A stretch of DNA of 32,000 bases from Halorhodospira halophila SL1 (GCF_000015585.1 NC_008789.1:2550001-2582000), one strand, 5' to 3'. Shown: positions 1 through 10,218, counted from the first letter of the stretch. The notes: a model not told the origin generated them from the letters alone. A program made the numbers and translations.

Positions 1-566
1 ACCCCGCCCGGCACCAGCGCCTGCACGCCGAGATCACCGCCTCCGGGGCGGTGCTCGGTGAGCTGCCCCCGGGCAGCGGCCCCCTGGCCGCCCACTTCCC
101 ACGGCGCAACCGCATCGTCAGCGGTCTGTCGCTGGGGGTCGTGGTCATCCAGGCCGGTCGCCACAGCGGCTCGCTGATCACCGCCCGGCTCGCTGCCGAG
201 CAGGGCCGCGAGGTCTTCGCCGTACCCGGGTCGATCCACGACCCCCTGGCCCGCGGGTGCCACGCACTTCTGCGCGACGGCGCCAAGCTGTTAGAATCGA
301 TCGACGATATCCTGAAAGAGTTCCCGGGGACGGTCTGTGAAGCGCCCGTCAACGCCCCCTCGGAGTCGACCAGTCCAGCCGCGGATCCGGACGAGGCGCG
401 TATCCTCGAAGCCCTCGGCCACGATCCGCTCACCCTCGACACCCTCCAGCAGCGGTCTGGATTGACGCTCGATAGGCTTTCATCCATTCTGCTAACCATG
501 GAGCTGAAGGGCCTGTTGACTGCGGTACCCGGGGGCCGGTACCAGCGGCGCGGGCCAGAGGGCTGA
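1..566 (+). CDS. dprA: DNA-processing protein DprA/Smf, C-terminal part (5' end lies outside the window; frame runs from base 3)
   Basis: The frame is open from base 3. The translation carries the DprA core signature FPRRNRIVSGLSLGVVVIQAGRHSGSLITARLAAEQGREVFAVPGSI and a C-terminal winged-helix-like tail. The TGA stop at 564-566 overlaps the smg ATG (TGATG). Confidence 0.9.
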   Translation, partial: PARHQRLHAEITASGAVLGELPPGSGPLAAHFPRRNRIVSGLSLGVVVIQAGRHSGSLITARLAAEQGREVFAVPGSIHDPLARGCHALLRDGAKLLESIDDILKEFPGTVCEAPVNAPSESTSPAADPDEARILEALGHDPLTLDTLQQRSGLTLDRLSSILLTMELKGLLTAVPGGRYQRRGPEG

Positions 567-1039
567 TGATGAAGCAGAACGTTTTCGAAGTGCTGATGTA
601 CCTGTTCGAGAACTACCTTTACAACGACGAGGAACCCGGCGATCGGGACTCGCTCGAGAGCGAACTCCACGAGGCCGGGTTCAGCGCGATGGAGATCCGC
701 AAGGCCTTCGAGTGGCTCGATGCCCTCGCGGACTCCCGGGTGCTGCCGGCTGCACCGTCGGGCAAGTCGTCCATCCGGCTGTTCGGCGAGCCCGAGCTGG
801 CACGCCTGGACACCGAGACCCGCGGGTTTATCCTCTACCTGGAGCAGGTGGGGATCCTCACGGCCGAGAGCCGTGAGCTGGTGCTCGACCGCATCCTGGC
901 GCTGGACGACCACGAGGTGGACCTCGACACGGTCAAGTGGGTCATCCTGATGGTCCTGTTCAACCGCCCCGGCGAGGAAGAGGCGTACAACTGGATGGAG
1001 AACCTCATGTTCGACGTCCCGACGCACCTCGTCCACTGA
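566..1039 (+). CDS. smg: Smg protein (DUF494 family)
   Basis: 157 aa. The N-terminus MMKQNVFEVLMYLFENYL is typical of Smg, and the gene sits in the conserved dprA-smg-topA position. Confidence 0.85.
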   Translation: MMKQNVFEVLMYLFENYLYNDEEPGDRDSLESELHEAGFSAMEIRKAFEWLDALADSRVLPAAPSGKSSIRLFGEPELARLDTETRGFILYLEQVGILTAESRELVLDRILALDDHEVDLDTVKWVILMVLFNRPGEEEAYNWMENLMFDVPTHLVH

Positions 1040-1047
1040 CGACGGGT

Positions 1048-1080
1048 GGCCGCCGCGCCCCGGCGCGGCGGCCGGTTTTA
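1048..1080 (+). terminator. Candidate intrinsic terminator after smg
   Basis: A 26-nt GC palindrome GGCCGCCGCGCC/GGCGCGGCGGCC (1048-1073, up to 12 bp of stem with a very tight loop) is followed by GGTTTTA. It begins 9 nt after the smg stop. The U-tract is short. Confidence 0.4.
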
Positions 1081-1144
1081 CGGCCCGGCGCCGCCCTCCG
1101 GACGCCACCCGACCTCCCGCCCCTACATACGCGAACGGCTCTTC

Positions 1145-3544
1145 ATGGGTAAAAGCCTCGTCATCGTCGAGTCGCCTGCCAAGGCGCGCACGATCAACAA
1201 ATACCTGGGTTCCGATTACGAGGTCATGGCCTCCTACGGCCATGTCCGCGACCTCGTCCCCAAGGAGGGGGCGGTGGATCCGTCCAGCGGCTTCGCCATG
1301 AAGTACGCACCCATCGACAAGAACCAGAAGCACGTCGATGCCATCGCCAAGGCGGCCCGCAAGGCCGACGCCCTCTACCTGGCCACTGACCCGGACCGCG
1401 AGGGTGAAGCCATCTCCTGGCACCTGGTGGAGCTGCTGCGCGACAAGGGCACCCTGGACGACAAACCGGTCTATCGGGTGGTCTTCCACGAGATCACCAA
1501 GGGCGCCATCCAGGAGGCGATGAACAACCCGCGGGACATCTCCGAGGAGCTGGTCAACGCCCAGCAGGCGCGCCGCGCCCTCGACTACCTGGTCGGCTTC
1601 AACCTCTCGCCCCTGCTCTGGCGCAAGATCACCAGCGGCCTCTCCGCGGGCCGGGTGCAGAGCCCCGCGCTGCGGATGATCTGCGAGCGCGAGACCGAGA
1701 TCGAGCAGTTCGAGCCCCAGGAGTACTGGAGCGTCGAGGCCGATGCCGCCAAGGCGCAGCAGCCCTTCATGGCCAAGCTCTCGCAGCTCCACGGCGAGAA
1801 GGTCCGGCAGTTCACCATCACCGACGAGACCCATGCCCAGGAGGTCGACCGCACCCTGCGCGAGGCCGCGCGTGCCCAACCCGACCCCGCCCGGATCGGC
1901 CCCACCGGCGATGGCGAGACCGAGGTCATCGGCACGCTGCGGGTCGCCTCGGTGGAGCGCAAGCAACGCCGGCGCAACCCGGCAGCGCCATTCATCACCT
2001 CGACCCTGCAGCAGGAGGCCTCGCGCAAGCTCGGCTTCACCGCCAGCCGGACCATGCGCATCGCCCAGCAGCTCTACGAGGGCATCGACGTCGGCGAAGG
2101 CAGTGCCGTCGGTCTGATCACCTACATGCGAACCGACTCGGTGAACCTCTCCGGCGAGGCGATCACTGAGATGCGCCAGGCCATCACCGACCGCTACGGC
2201 GCCGACAAGCTCCCGGGCCAGGCCCAGGTCTACAAGACCCGCTCGAAGAACGCCCAGGAGGCCCACGAGGCCATCCGGCCCACCTCGGCGTCGCGCCACC
2301 CGGACGATGTCCGCGCCTACCTCAACGAGGAGCAGCGCAAGCTCTACGATCTCATCTGGAAGCGCGCCGTCGCCTCACAGATGAAGCACGCCACCATCCA
2401 CACGGTGGCCGTCGATCTGGCCGCCGACGCCGACGCCCGCCATCTGCTGCGGGCCACCGGCTCCACGGTGGCCGACCCGGGCTTCATGGTCGTCTACCGC
2501 GAGGGCAACGACGAGGGCAAAGACGACTCCGGCGAGAAGTTCCTGCCCGAACTCGAGGAGGGCGAGCAGGTGGACCTGCACGCCATCCGCGCCGAACAGC
2601 ACTTCACCGAGCCGCCGCCGCGCTACACCGAGGCGAGCCTGGTCCGCGCCCTGGAGGAGTACGGCATCGGCCGGCCGTCGACCTACGCCTCGATCATCTC
2701 CACGCTGCAGAACCGCAACTATGTGGAGATGGACGGCAAACGCTTCATCCCCACCGACATCGGGCGCACAGTCAACAAGTTCCTGACCGAGCACTTCGAT
2801 CGGTACGTGGACTACGACTTCACCGCCCGACTCGAGGACGACCTAGACGCCATCTCCCGCGGCGAGCAGGACTGGGTCCCGGTCCTGGAAGCGTTCTGGG
2901 AGCCCTTCCGGGAGCGGGTTGAGGAGAAGAAGAACGTCTCGCGCCAGGAGGCGGTCCAGGCGCGGGAACTGGGCACGGACCCGAAGACCGGCAAGCCGGT
3001 GACGGTGCGCATCGGTCGCTACGGCCCCTTCGCCCAGCTCGGCTCCCGCGACGACGACGAGAAGCCGCGTTTTGCCGGCCTGCGCCCGGGACAGAGCATC
3101 GACACCATCACCCTCGACGAGGCCCTGCAGCTGTTCAAGCTGCCGCGGGACATGGGCGAGACCGACGAGGGCGAAGACGTCCAGGTCAGCATCGGGCGCT
3201 TTGGCCCCTACGTGCGCTACGGCAAGAAGTTCGTCTCCATCCCCAAGGACGAGGACCCGTACACCATCACCAAGGAACGGGCCCACGAACTGGTGCGGGA
3301 GAAGAAACAGGCCGACGCCAACCGGATCATCCACGACTTCGGCGACGGCATTCAGATCCTGCGCGGACGCTACGGGCCGTACATCACCAACGGCGAGAAG
3401 AACGCCAAGGTGCCCAAGGACCGGGAGCCGGACTCGCTCACCCATGAGGAGTGCCAGGACCTGATCGCCAAGGCGCCGGCGCGCAAGGGGCGCCGCGGCG
3501 GGGCGGCCAAGGGTGGCCGCGGCCGCAGCAAGGCCACTAGCTGA
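1145..3544 (+). CDS. topA: DNA topoisomerase I (type IA) with cysteine-free C-terminal GRYGPY-type repeats and a basic tail
   Basis: I chose the ATG at 1145 because [22 protein letters not shown] is the canonical TopA Toprim N-terminus, and the upstream extension from GTG 1046 is Pro/Arg-rich and spans the smg hairpin. The active-site region ITYMRTDS is present. The C-terminal repeats [17 protein letters not shown] and LRGRYGPYI are also present. Confidence 0.95.
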
Positions 3545-4544
3545 GCTCGGCCAACGGCCAGCGGGGGCGTACGCTGAAGTCGAGATCGTCGCGGTAGCCC
3601 GCCTCCAGCCGACGCAGGCCGGCGTAGGCGATCATCGCAGCGTTGTCGGTACACAGCTCCAGGCGCGGGTAGTGGGCGGTGAAGCCGCTCGCCCGCCCCA
3701 CCTCATCCAGGCGTTCGCGCAACCGGGCGTTGGCGCCCACCCCGCCGGAGACCACGAGCCGGCCCGCGCCCGTCTGCTCGATGGCACGCCGGCACTTGAT
3801 CACCAGGGTATCCACCACCGCCTCCTGGAATCCGTGGGCGATGTCCGCCCGGGCCTGCTGATCGTTCCCCGCCGCCTCGACGGCGTGGAGGACCGCCGTC
3901 TTCAGGCCGCTGAAGCTGAAGTCCAGCCCCGGCCGGTCGGTCATCGGCCGCGGCAGGCGCACCGCCCCCGGTGTTCCCTCGACGGCGAGGCGGGCGATGG
4001 CCGGCCCCCCCGGGTACGGCAGCCCCAGCAGCCGAGCCGTCTTGTCGAAGGCCTCGCCGGCGGCGTCATCCACCGACTCCCCCAGGACCCGGTAGCGGCC
4101 GAAGTCGGCCACCTGCACCAGCATCGTATGCCCGCCGGAGACCAGCAGGGCCACCAGGGGCATGGCCGGCGGGTCGGGCTCGAGCAGGGGCGCCAGCAGG
4201 TGCCCCTCCATGTGGTGCACCCCGACCGCCGGCAGCCCCCGCGCCCAGGCGAAGGTGCGCGCGAACCCGGCCCCGACCATCAAGGCCCCGGGGAGCCCTG
4301 GGCCGCGGGTCCAGGCGACGCCGTCGAGATCTGCCGGCGTCAGGCCGGCATCCCGCAACACCCCACCGACCAGACCGGGCAGCTTGCGCACGTGATCCCG
4401 TGAGGCCAGCTCCGGCACCACGCCGCCGTAAGCGGCGTGATCGGCCACCTGACTGTGCACCGCGTGGGCCAACAGGCCATCACGACCACAGTAGACGGCG
4501 GCCGCGGTCTCGTCACAGGAACTCTCGATGCCTAGTACACGCAC
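3537..4544 (-). CDS. tsaD: tRNA N6-adenosine threonylcarbamoyltransferase TsaD
   Basis: 335 aa. It has the N-terminus [18 protein letters not shown] and the metal-binding HHMEGH motif, and resembles Kae1/TsaD over its full length. Its TAG stop (3537-3539) lies inside the last codons of the convergent topA (8-bp overlap). Confidence 0.95.
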
Positions 4545-4584
4545 TGGGCACCCCCGGATTGCGGCGTATACAGAAAGCGGCGCG

Positions 4585-5160
4585 TCATCGTCTCAGGTAG
4601 GCCCCACTGCGTCCGTCCCGGATCGGGGTCGGCCGCTCCAGCCCGCCCAGGCGCCCGGGTACCAGCGCGTCGATCCGCGTGCCGAAGTAGCGCCGCACCT
4701 CCGCAACGCTGCGAGCCGGCCGCCGGGCCGAGGGGTTGGCACTGGTGGAGACCAGCGCCCCCCCGAAGGCGCTGCACAAGGCGGCTGCCACCGGGTGCGC
4801 GGTCACCCGCACGGCCAGCGTGTCGCGCCCGCCACTGACCCAGCGCGGGGCCCGCGTCGACGCCGGGAGCACCCAGGTCATCGGCCCCGGCCAACTGGCC
4901 TGGATCGTCTCCGCCCACTCCGCCGGTAACGGTGCCAGGTACCGGGCGAGTTGTCGCGACTCGGCGGCAATCAGGATCAGCCCCTGGCGTTCCGGTCGCC
5001 CCTTCAGCGCCAGCAGGCGCGCCACGGCGTCGGCGTTGCGCGGATCGCAGCCCAGCCCCCAGACCGCCTCGGTGGGATAGGCCACCACGCCGCCCTGGCG
5101 CAGCTCCGCAGCGGCGTGCCGGACCCGGAATGGACGGGTACCGGGCGGGCACTCGTTCAT
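4585..5160 (-). CDS. tsaC: L-threonylcarbamoyladenylate synthase TsaC (YrdC/Sua5 domain only)
   Basis: 191 aa. The YrdC-fold signature [16 protein letters not shown]...ALKGRP...LI is present, and the size matches stand-alone TsaC. Confidence 0.85.
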   Translation of the reverse strand: MNECPPGTRPFRVRHAAAELRQGGVVAYPTEAVWGLGCDPRNADAVARLLALKGRPERQGLILIAAESRQLARYLAPLPAEWAETIQASWPGPMTWVLPASTRAPRWVSGGRDTLAVRVTAHPVAAALCSAFGGALVSTSANPSARRPARSVAEVRRYFGTRIDALVPGRLGGLERPTPIRDGRSGAYLRR

Positions 5161-5750
5161 GACCCCGAGGAACCGATGCGGCTCTCCTCACCGGCGGCGA
5201 GGCGGACGATGTTCTCGCGGTGGCGCCAGACGATGGCCGCCGTGAGGATCGCCGTGGCCGCGGTGAGCACCGGCGAGGCCGACAGCCAGAGCATGTAGAT
5301 CGGGGCCATGGCAAAGGCCACCACGGCGGCCAGGGAGGAGTAGCGGAAGGCGCCGGCCACCGCCAGCCAGGTGACCACCGTGGCCAACAGCGCCAGCGGG
5401 GACCAGGCGAGGATCACCCCCAGGCCGGTGGCCACGCCCTTCCCCCCCTGGAACCGGAAGTAGACCGGAAAGAGGTGGCCAAAGAACGCTGCCAGACCGG
5501 CGGCGCTGGCCACCACCGGGTCCTCGGTGGCGAGCCAGGCCAGCAGCACCGGGAGGGTGCCCTTGAGCCAGTCGCCGAGCAGGGTGATGCCGGCAGGGAC
5601 CTTGCCGGCCAGGCGCAGGACGTTGGTCGCCCCGGGATTGCCCGAGCCGCCCTGGCGCGGGTCGCCGAGGTTCATCGCCCGGCAGACGACGATCGCCGAG
5701 GAGATGGAACCGATGAGATAACCGATGATGACGAGGATGACATCCAGCAT
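5157..5750 (-). CDS. plsY: Glycerol-3-phosphate acyltransferase PlsY
   Basis: I chose the ATG at 5750 (MLDVILVIIGYLIGSI), which matches PlsY N-termini. The GSGNPGATNVLR signature is present and the protein is polytopic. Its stop overlaps the tsaC start (ATGA at 5157-5160). Confidence 0.9.
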   Translation of the reverse strand: MLDVILVIIGYLIGSISSAIVVCRAMNLGDPRQGGSGNPGATNVLRLAGKVPAGITLLGDWLKGTLPVLLAWLATEDPVVASAAGLAAFFGHLFPVYFRFQGGKGVATGLGVILAWSPLALLATVVTWLAVAGAFRYSSLAAVVAFAMAPIYMLWLSASPVLTAATAILTAAIVWRHRENIVRLAAGEESRIGSSGS

Positions 5751-5891
5751 GGCGCAAGTCTCTGTAGATCCGTCACGCGTTGCAAGTGTTGGGTTCCCCC
5801 GAGCGGCGCGGCCGCCCTCCACCGTATACCGGAAACGCCGGGCAGACGATACGCCTTGTCACGCGGCGCGTTGCCCCTGAAACTCTCGCCC

Positions 5892-7076
5892 ATGACCCGA
5901 CACGACCCTGCCCTGGATCTTGACGCGGCGGCCCTCGAGGCCAGTCAGCGCCTGAGCAAGCGTATCCGCAGCGCCATCGACGAGGCCGGCGGAGCGCTGA
6001 CCTTCGAGGCGTATATGGACCGGGCCCTCTATGAGCCCGGCCTCGGGTACTACCGCGGCGGCGCCGCCCGTTTTGGCGTCGGTGGCGACTTCGCCACCGC
6101 GCCGGAACTCAGCTCGCTGTTCTCGCGCACCCTAGGCCGGCAGGCCGCCGAGATCCTCGGCCACCTGGGCGGCGGCGACGTCATCGAGCTCGGCCCCGGC
6201 ACCGGCCGGCTGGCCGCCGCCGCACTGGCCGAACTCGAGCACCTCGACCGGCTGCCGCGGCGCTGGCGCATGCTGGAGGTCAGCGCCGCCCTGCGTCAGG
6301 AGCAGGAGCAGACCCTGGCTGCCCGGGTCCCCCACCTGCTCGACCGCGTTGAGTGGCTCGAGGCCCTGCCCGCGGACAGCCCGCAGGCGGTGTGGATCGC
6401 CAACGAGGTCCTCGACGCCCTGCCGGTGCGCCGCTTCGTCAAGCGGGGCGACGGGGTCCGCGAGCTCGGCGTCGTAGCCGCCGATGACGGCTTCGCCTGG
6501 ACCGAGCTGGCCGCCGACACGGCGCTGCAACAGGCCGTGGCCGACATCGAGGCGCGTCTGGACGCCCCCCTGCCCGACGGCTACGTCTCCGAGGTCTGCA
6601 CCCGGGTCGCGCCGTTCCTGCGCGGACTGGCCGAAGCCCTCCCGCAGGGCGTGATGCTCTGGCTCGACTACGGCTACCCGCGCCGCGAATATTACCTGGC
6701 CGAACGCCACCGTGGCACGCTGCTCTGCCACTTCCGCCACCGCGCCCACGACGATCCCTTCTTCTATCCCGGTTTGCAGGACATCACCGCCTTCGTGGAC
6801 TTTACCGCCGTGGCCGACGCGGCCCTGGCGTGCGGGCTGGACGTCCTCGGCTACGCCCCCCAGGGACCGTTCCTCATGGGCGCCGGCCTGGCCGCCTGCA
6901 CCGAGGCGGAGCTAGCCGGCGCCGATGCCGCCGGCCACATGGCCGTCAGCAACGAGATCCAGCGCATCACCCACCCCGGCGACATGGGCGAGCGGTTCAA
7001 GGTGATGGCCCTGGGCCGCGACTACGACGGTCCCCTGGGTGGTTTCACCCCGGCCGACCGCCGCGCCACGCTGTAG
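5892..7076 (+). CDS. Class I SAM-dependent methyltransferase, DUF185 / MidA (NDUFAF7-like) family
   Basis: I chose the ATG at 5892 because the upstream part of the 618-aa track ORF is antisense to plsY. The translation carries MDRALYEPGLGYYRGG...FGVGGDFATAPELSSLF and the SAM-binding VIELGPGTG motif typical of this family. Confidence 0.8.
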   Translation: MTRHDPALDLDAAALEASQRLSKRIRSAIDEAGGALTFEAYMDRALYEPGLGYYRGGAARFGVGGDFATAPELSSLFSRTLGRQAAEILGHLGGGDVIELGPGTGRLAAAALAELEHLDRLPRRWRMLEVSAALRQEQEQTLAARVPHLLDRVEWLEALPADSPQAVWIANEVLDALPVRRFVKRGDGVRELGVVAADDGFAWTELAADTALQQAVADIEARLDAPLPDGYVSEVCTRVAPFLRGLAEALPQGVMLWLDYGYPRREYYLAERHRGTLLCHFRHRAHDDPFFYPGLQDITAFVDFTAVADAALACGLDVLGYAPQGPFLMGAGLAACTEAELAGADAAGHMAVSNEIQRITHPGDMGERFKVMALGRDYDGPLGGFTPADRRATL

Positions 7077-7089
7077 CCAGGGGCCACGC

Positions 7090-8337
7090 CTAGGCGCCGT
7101 CCCGCGCGGCGCCGGCATCCGGGCGCGGCACCTGGGCCACGGCCCGGCAGCGCGCCTCACGAACCGCCTCGCCCACCTCAGGACCGCGCAGGCCCTGCTC
7201 GACGAAGGACCGGGCCGAAACGCCGCGACACGCCTCGAAGGCGGCGCGCAGGAAGTCGCCAGCCGGCCAGTCGCTCGCCTCCCGGCCACCGCGCCCACGA
7301 TCGTCCGCGAGGCAGGCGTGCAGGAACGGCTCCAGGCGCTCCGGGCGCCGGAACAGGTCCAGGCCCTCGAACAGTTCCACCACCGTGCCGGGGCGCAGCT
7401 CCAGCGCGCGGTGGGCGTGCATGTGCCAGCGCGTGACCAGGACGGCCAGATCCCGACACGCCCGCGGCGCCTTCAGCCGCTCGCTGACCCGCCGGGCGCC
7501 GTCAACGCCGGCCTCCTCGTGGCCGGGGTGGCGGGGGAGCGCCTCCGCCGGGGTGAGCGCCTTGCCCACGTCGTGGAGCAGGACGGCGAAGCGCGCCTCC
7601 AGCGAAGCGTCGACGGCCGCCGCGGCATCCAGGGCCATGAGGGTATGAGTGCCGGCATCGCCCTCAGGGTGGTGGGCCGGCGACTGCGGCACACCGAACA
7701 GGGCATCCACCTCGGGGAGGAGACGGGCCAGGGCACCAGCCTGGCGCAGGACCTCGATCATGCGACGGGGTGTCGGCTCCATCAGCCCCCGGGCGAGCTC
7801 CTGCCACACCCGCTCCGGGACCAGGGCATCGACCTCGCCGGCGGCGACCATGCGCTGGCACAGGGCCATGGTTTCGTCGGCGACGACGAAGCCGTCGTCA
7901 GCGAAGCGGGCCGCAAAACGCGCAAGGCGCAGAATGCGCACCGGGTCCTCGGCGAAGGCGTCGGTGACGTGGCGCAGCTGACGAGCCTGCAGGTCGACCT
8001 GGCCGCCGAACGGGTCGATGAGGCGGCCCCCGGCATCCTCGGCCATGGCGTTGATGGTCAGGTCCCGGCGGGCCAGGTCCTGCTCCAGGGTCACCTCCGG
8101 CGCGGCGTAGAACTCGAAACCGTGATAGCCCACCGCCGTCTTGCGCTCGGTGCGCGCCAGGGCGTGCTCCTCGCCGGTCTGCGGGTGCAGGAAGACCGGA
8201 AAATCCTTGCCCACCGGCCGGTAGCCGGCGGCCTCCATCGCCTCCGGCGTCGCCCCGACCACCACCCAGTCGACCTCATCCACGGGCCGCCCGAGGAGGC
8301 GATCACGCACCGCGCCGCCGACCCGGTAGCGTTCCAC
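7090..8337 (-). CDS. cca: Multifunctional CCA-adding enzyme (tRNA nucleotidyltransferase with HD phosphohydrolase domain)
   Basis: 415 aa. It has the N-terminus MERYRVGGAVRDRLLGRPVDEVDWVVVG, then FLHPQTGEEHALARTERK, and the HD-domain motif LLHDVGK. Confidence 0.93.
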   Translation of the reverse strand: MERYRVGGAVRDRLLGRPVDEVDWVVVGATPEAMEAAGYRPVGKDFPVFLHPQTGEEHALARTERKTAVGYHGFEFYAAPEVTLEQDLARRDLTINAMAEDAGGRLIDPFGGQVDLQARQLRHVTDAFAEDPVRILRLARFAARFADDGFVVADETMALCQRMVAAGEVDALVPERVWQELARGLMEPTPRRMIEVLRQAGALARLLPEVDALFGVPQSPAHHPEGDAGTHTLMALDAAAAVDASLEARFAVLLHDVGKALTPAEALPRHPGHEEAGVDGARRVSERLKAPRACRDLAVLVTRWHMHAHRALELRPGTVVELFEGLDLFRRPERLEPFLHACLADDRGRGGREASDWPAGDFLRAAFEACRGVSARSFVEQGLRGPEVGEAVREARCRAVAQVPRPDAGAARDGA

Positions 8338-8340
8338 GGC

Positions 8341-9303
8341 CTAGCGACCGGCCTCGCGCCGGGCCTGCTGGTACTGCGCCTGCCGCCCGGCCGCACCCAG
8401 GTACCCGGGGGTGATCGCCTCCAGGGCGTTGGCGCGGATCCCCAGCGCTGCCAGGCCATCCTCGGCACAGCAGTTAGGGGTGGCGGTGAAGCGGTACTCG
8501 TCCAGGGTGTAAGGCCGCCCGGGAGCGAGCCCGAGCAGGCGGCCGCTGAGCTGCGACAGGCTGTCGGGGAGACCGACCACCCGCCGGCGCAGGCCGCGCA
8601 GTTCTGCCACGTACTCCACCAGCTCGCGCAGGGTGTAGATCTGCGGCCCGCAGAGCTGGTAGGTCTGCCCCGCCGTCCGGGGGTCTTCCGTCGCGTTGAT
8701 CACCGCCTGAGCCACGTCGCCACCGAAGACCGGCTGGAGGCGGGCATCCGGGGTAGGCAGGAAGAAGACCCCGGGGGCAAAGCGCAGCAGCCCGGCGAAG
8801 CGATTCAGGAACCGGTCACCGGCACCGAAGATCACTGAAGGCTGCAGCACGGTGGCGCCGATCTCATCCGGATCGGCTGCCAGGACCAACTGCTCGCCCT
8901 CGCCCTTGGTGCGCAGGAACCGGCTGACCGCATCGGGGTGCGCGCCGAGGGCGCTCATGTGGACCAGGCGCGGCACGCTTGCCCGGCGCGCAGCGGCCAG
9001 CACGCGGCGCGGCAGATCGACATGGACCTCGTGGTAGGCGTCCTCCCGCGGCCCGCCCCGCCCGGTGTGCGCACCGGCCAGGTTGATCACGGCGTGACAG
9101 CCGCTGAAGTGGCGCACCAGCTCCCGCTCGTCGTGGACATCGGCCTCGAACAGGCGCAGCCCGGGAAAGAGCAGCAGGTCGCGGCCACGATGGGAACGGC
9201 GGGTCAGCGCCCGTATCCGGTATCCCCGGTCGGCGAGCCGGTTGGCCACGTGCATCCCAACAAAACCGGTTCCGCCGACGACACAGACGGTCTTCGCCTC
9301 CAT
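8341..9303 (-). CDS. NAD(P)-binding extended SDR, complex I NDUFA9-subunit-like family
   Basis: 320 aa. The Rossmann motif VVGGTGFVG sits at the N-terminus and the overall layout is NDUFA9/NmrA-like. The stop lies 3 nt upstream of the cca start, so the two genes are probably co-transcribed. Confidence 0.75.
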   Translation of the reverse strand: MEAKTVCVVGGTGFVGMHVANRLADRGYRIRALTRRSHRGRDLLLFPGLRLFEADVHDERELVRHFSGCHAVINLAGAHTGRGGPREDAYHEVHVDLPRRVLAAARRASVPRLVHMSALGAHPDAVSRFLRTKGEGEQLVLAADPDEIGATVLQPSVIFGAGDRFLNRFAGLLRFAPGVFFLPTPDARLQPVFGGDVAQAVINATEDPRTAGQTYQLCGPQIYTLRELVEYVAELRGLRRRVVGLPDSLSQLSGRLLGLAPGRPYTLDEYRFTATPNCCAEDGLAALGIRANALEAITPGYLGAAGRQAQYQQARREAGR

Positions 9304-9350
9304 GAACGGTCTCCTGAAGAACCGAAATACGATCGTTACGGAGCGATACC

Positions 9351-10217
9351 GTGGCCTTTTATGCGCAACTTTTCAACGACGCCGCACCACCCCTTGCGCC
9401 GCGCCCGGATCCCGCCGAAACTCAGCCCGTGCTCGAACTGCTGATCTATCTCGGCGCCGGCTGCCTGGCCGGCGCGACGGCCGGGCTGTTCGGCGTCGGC
9501 GGCGGGATCGTGGTGGTGCCGGTCCTGCTGCTGGTCTTCGCCGCGCTCGACTTCGACGCGGCGGTGGCCACCCACCTGGCCATCGGTACCTCGCTGGCCA
9601 CCGTCGTGGTGACCTCCTTGGGCTCGGCGCGCAGCCACTACCAGCTCAGCGCCGTGGATGTGCCCCTGTTCCTGCGTCTCGCGGCCGGGATGGTCGGCGG
9701 GGCGGTGCTGGGCACGGTGCTGGCCGGCTACCTGGACGGGGCCGCCCTGCAGCGGCTGTTCGGCAGCTTCCTGCTGCTGGTCTCGCTGTACATGCTCTCC
9801 GGCTGGCAGCCGCCGCGGCGCGGCGGCGGCGGAGGCACCGGCGTCCTGGCCGGCGTCGGCGGCGGCATCGGGACGCTGTCGGCCATGGTGGGGGTCAGCG
9901 GCGGCACGGTGACGGTCCCCTACCTGGTCTGGCGCGGCGTAGCCATGCACCGGGCTGTGGGGACGTCTTCGGCCACTGCGCTACCGCTGGGCCTGACCGG
10001 TGCGCTGGGATACTTGATGGTGGGGTGGGGGCACCCGCAGCTGCCGTCGGGTGCCACCGGCTACATTTACTGGCCGGCGTTCGCCGGGGTCGTCGCCGCC
10101 AGCCTGCTGGCCTCTTCGCTGGCCGCGCGCCTGGCCCACCGCGTCCCCGCCCGGCAGCTGCGCCGGCTGTTCGCCGCAGTGCTGCTGGTCGTGGCCCTGC
10201 GGCTGCTGCTCAGCTGA
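9351..10217 (+). CDS. TSUP-family membrane transporter (sulfite exporter TauE/SafE family)
   Basis: The GTG start at 9351 is preceded by GGAG at 9340-9343. The protein is polytopic and carries the duplicated TSUP motif (GVGGGIVVVP and GVSGGTVTVP). Confidence 0.8.
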   Translation: MAFYAQLFNDAAPPLAPRPDPAETQPVLELLIYLGAGCLAGATAGLFGVGGGIVVVPVLLLVFAALDFDAAVATHLAIGTSLATVVVTSLGSARSHYQLSAVDVPLFLRLAAGMVGGAVLGTVLAGYLDGAALQRLFGSFLLLVSLYMLSGWQPPRRGGGGGTGVLAGVGGGIGTLSAMVGVSGGTVTVPYLVWRGVAMHRAVGTSSATALPLGLTGALGYLMVGWGHPQLPSGATGYIYWPAFAGVVAASLLASSLAARLAHRVPARQLRRLFAAVLLVVALRLLLS

Positions 10218-10218
10218 C

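Noticed and set aside
3537-3544. Convergent gene ends overlap: topA and tsaD by 8 bp, and lpxL and folK by 4 bp (CTAG at 19530-19533).
   Set aside because: This is ordinary genome compaction. There is no space for, and no sign of, a structured element. I note it only because no intrinsic terminator can separate these convergent transcripts.
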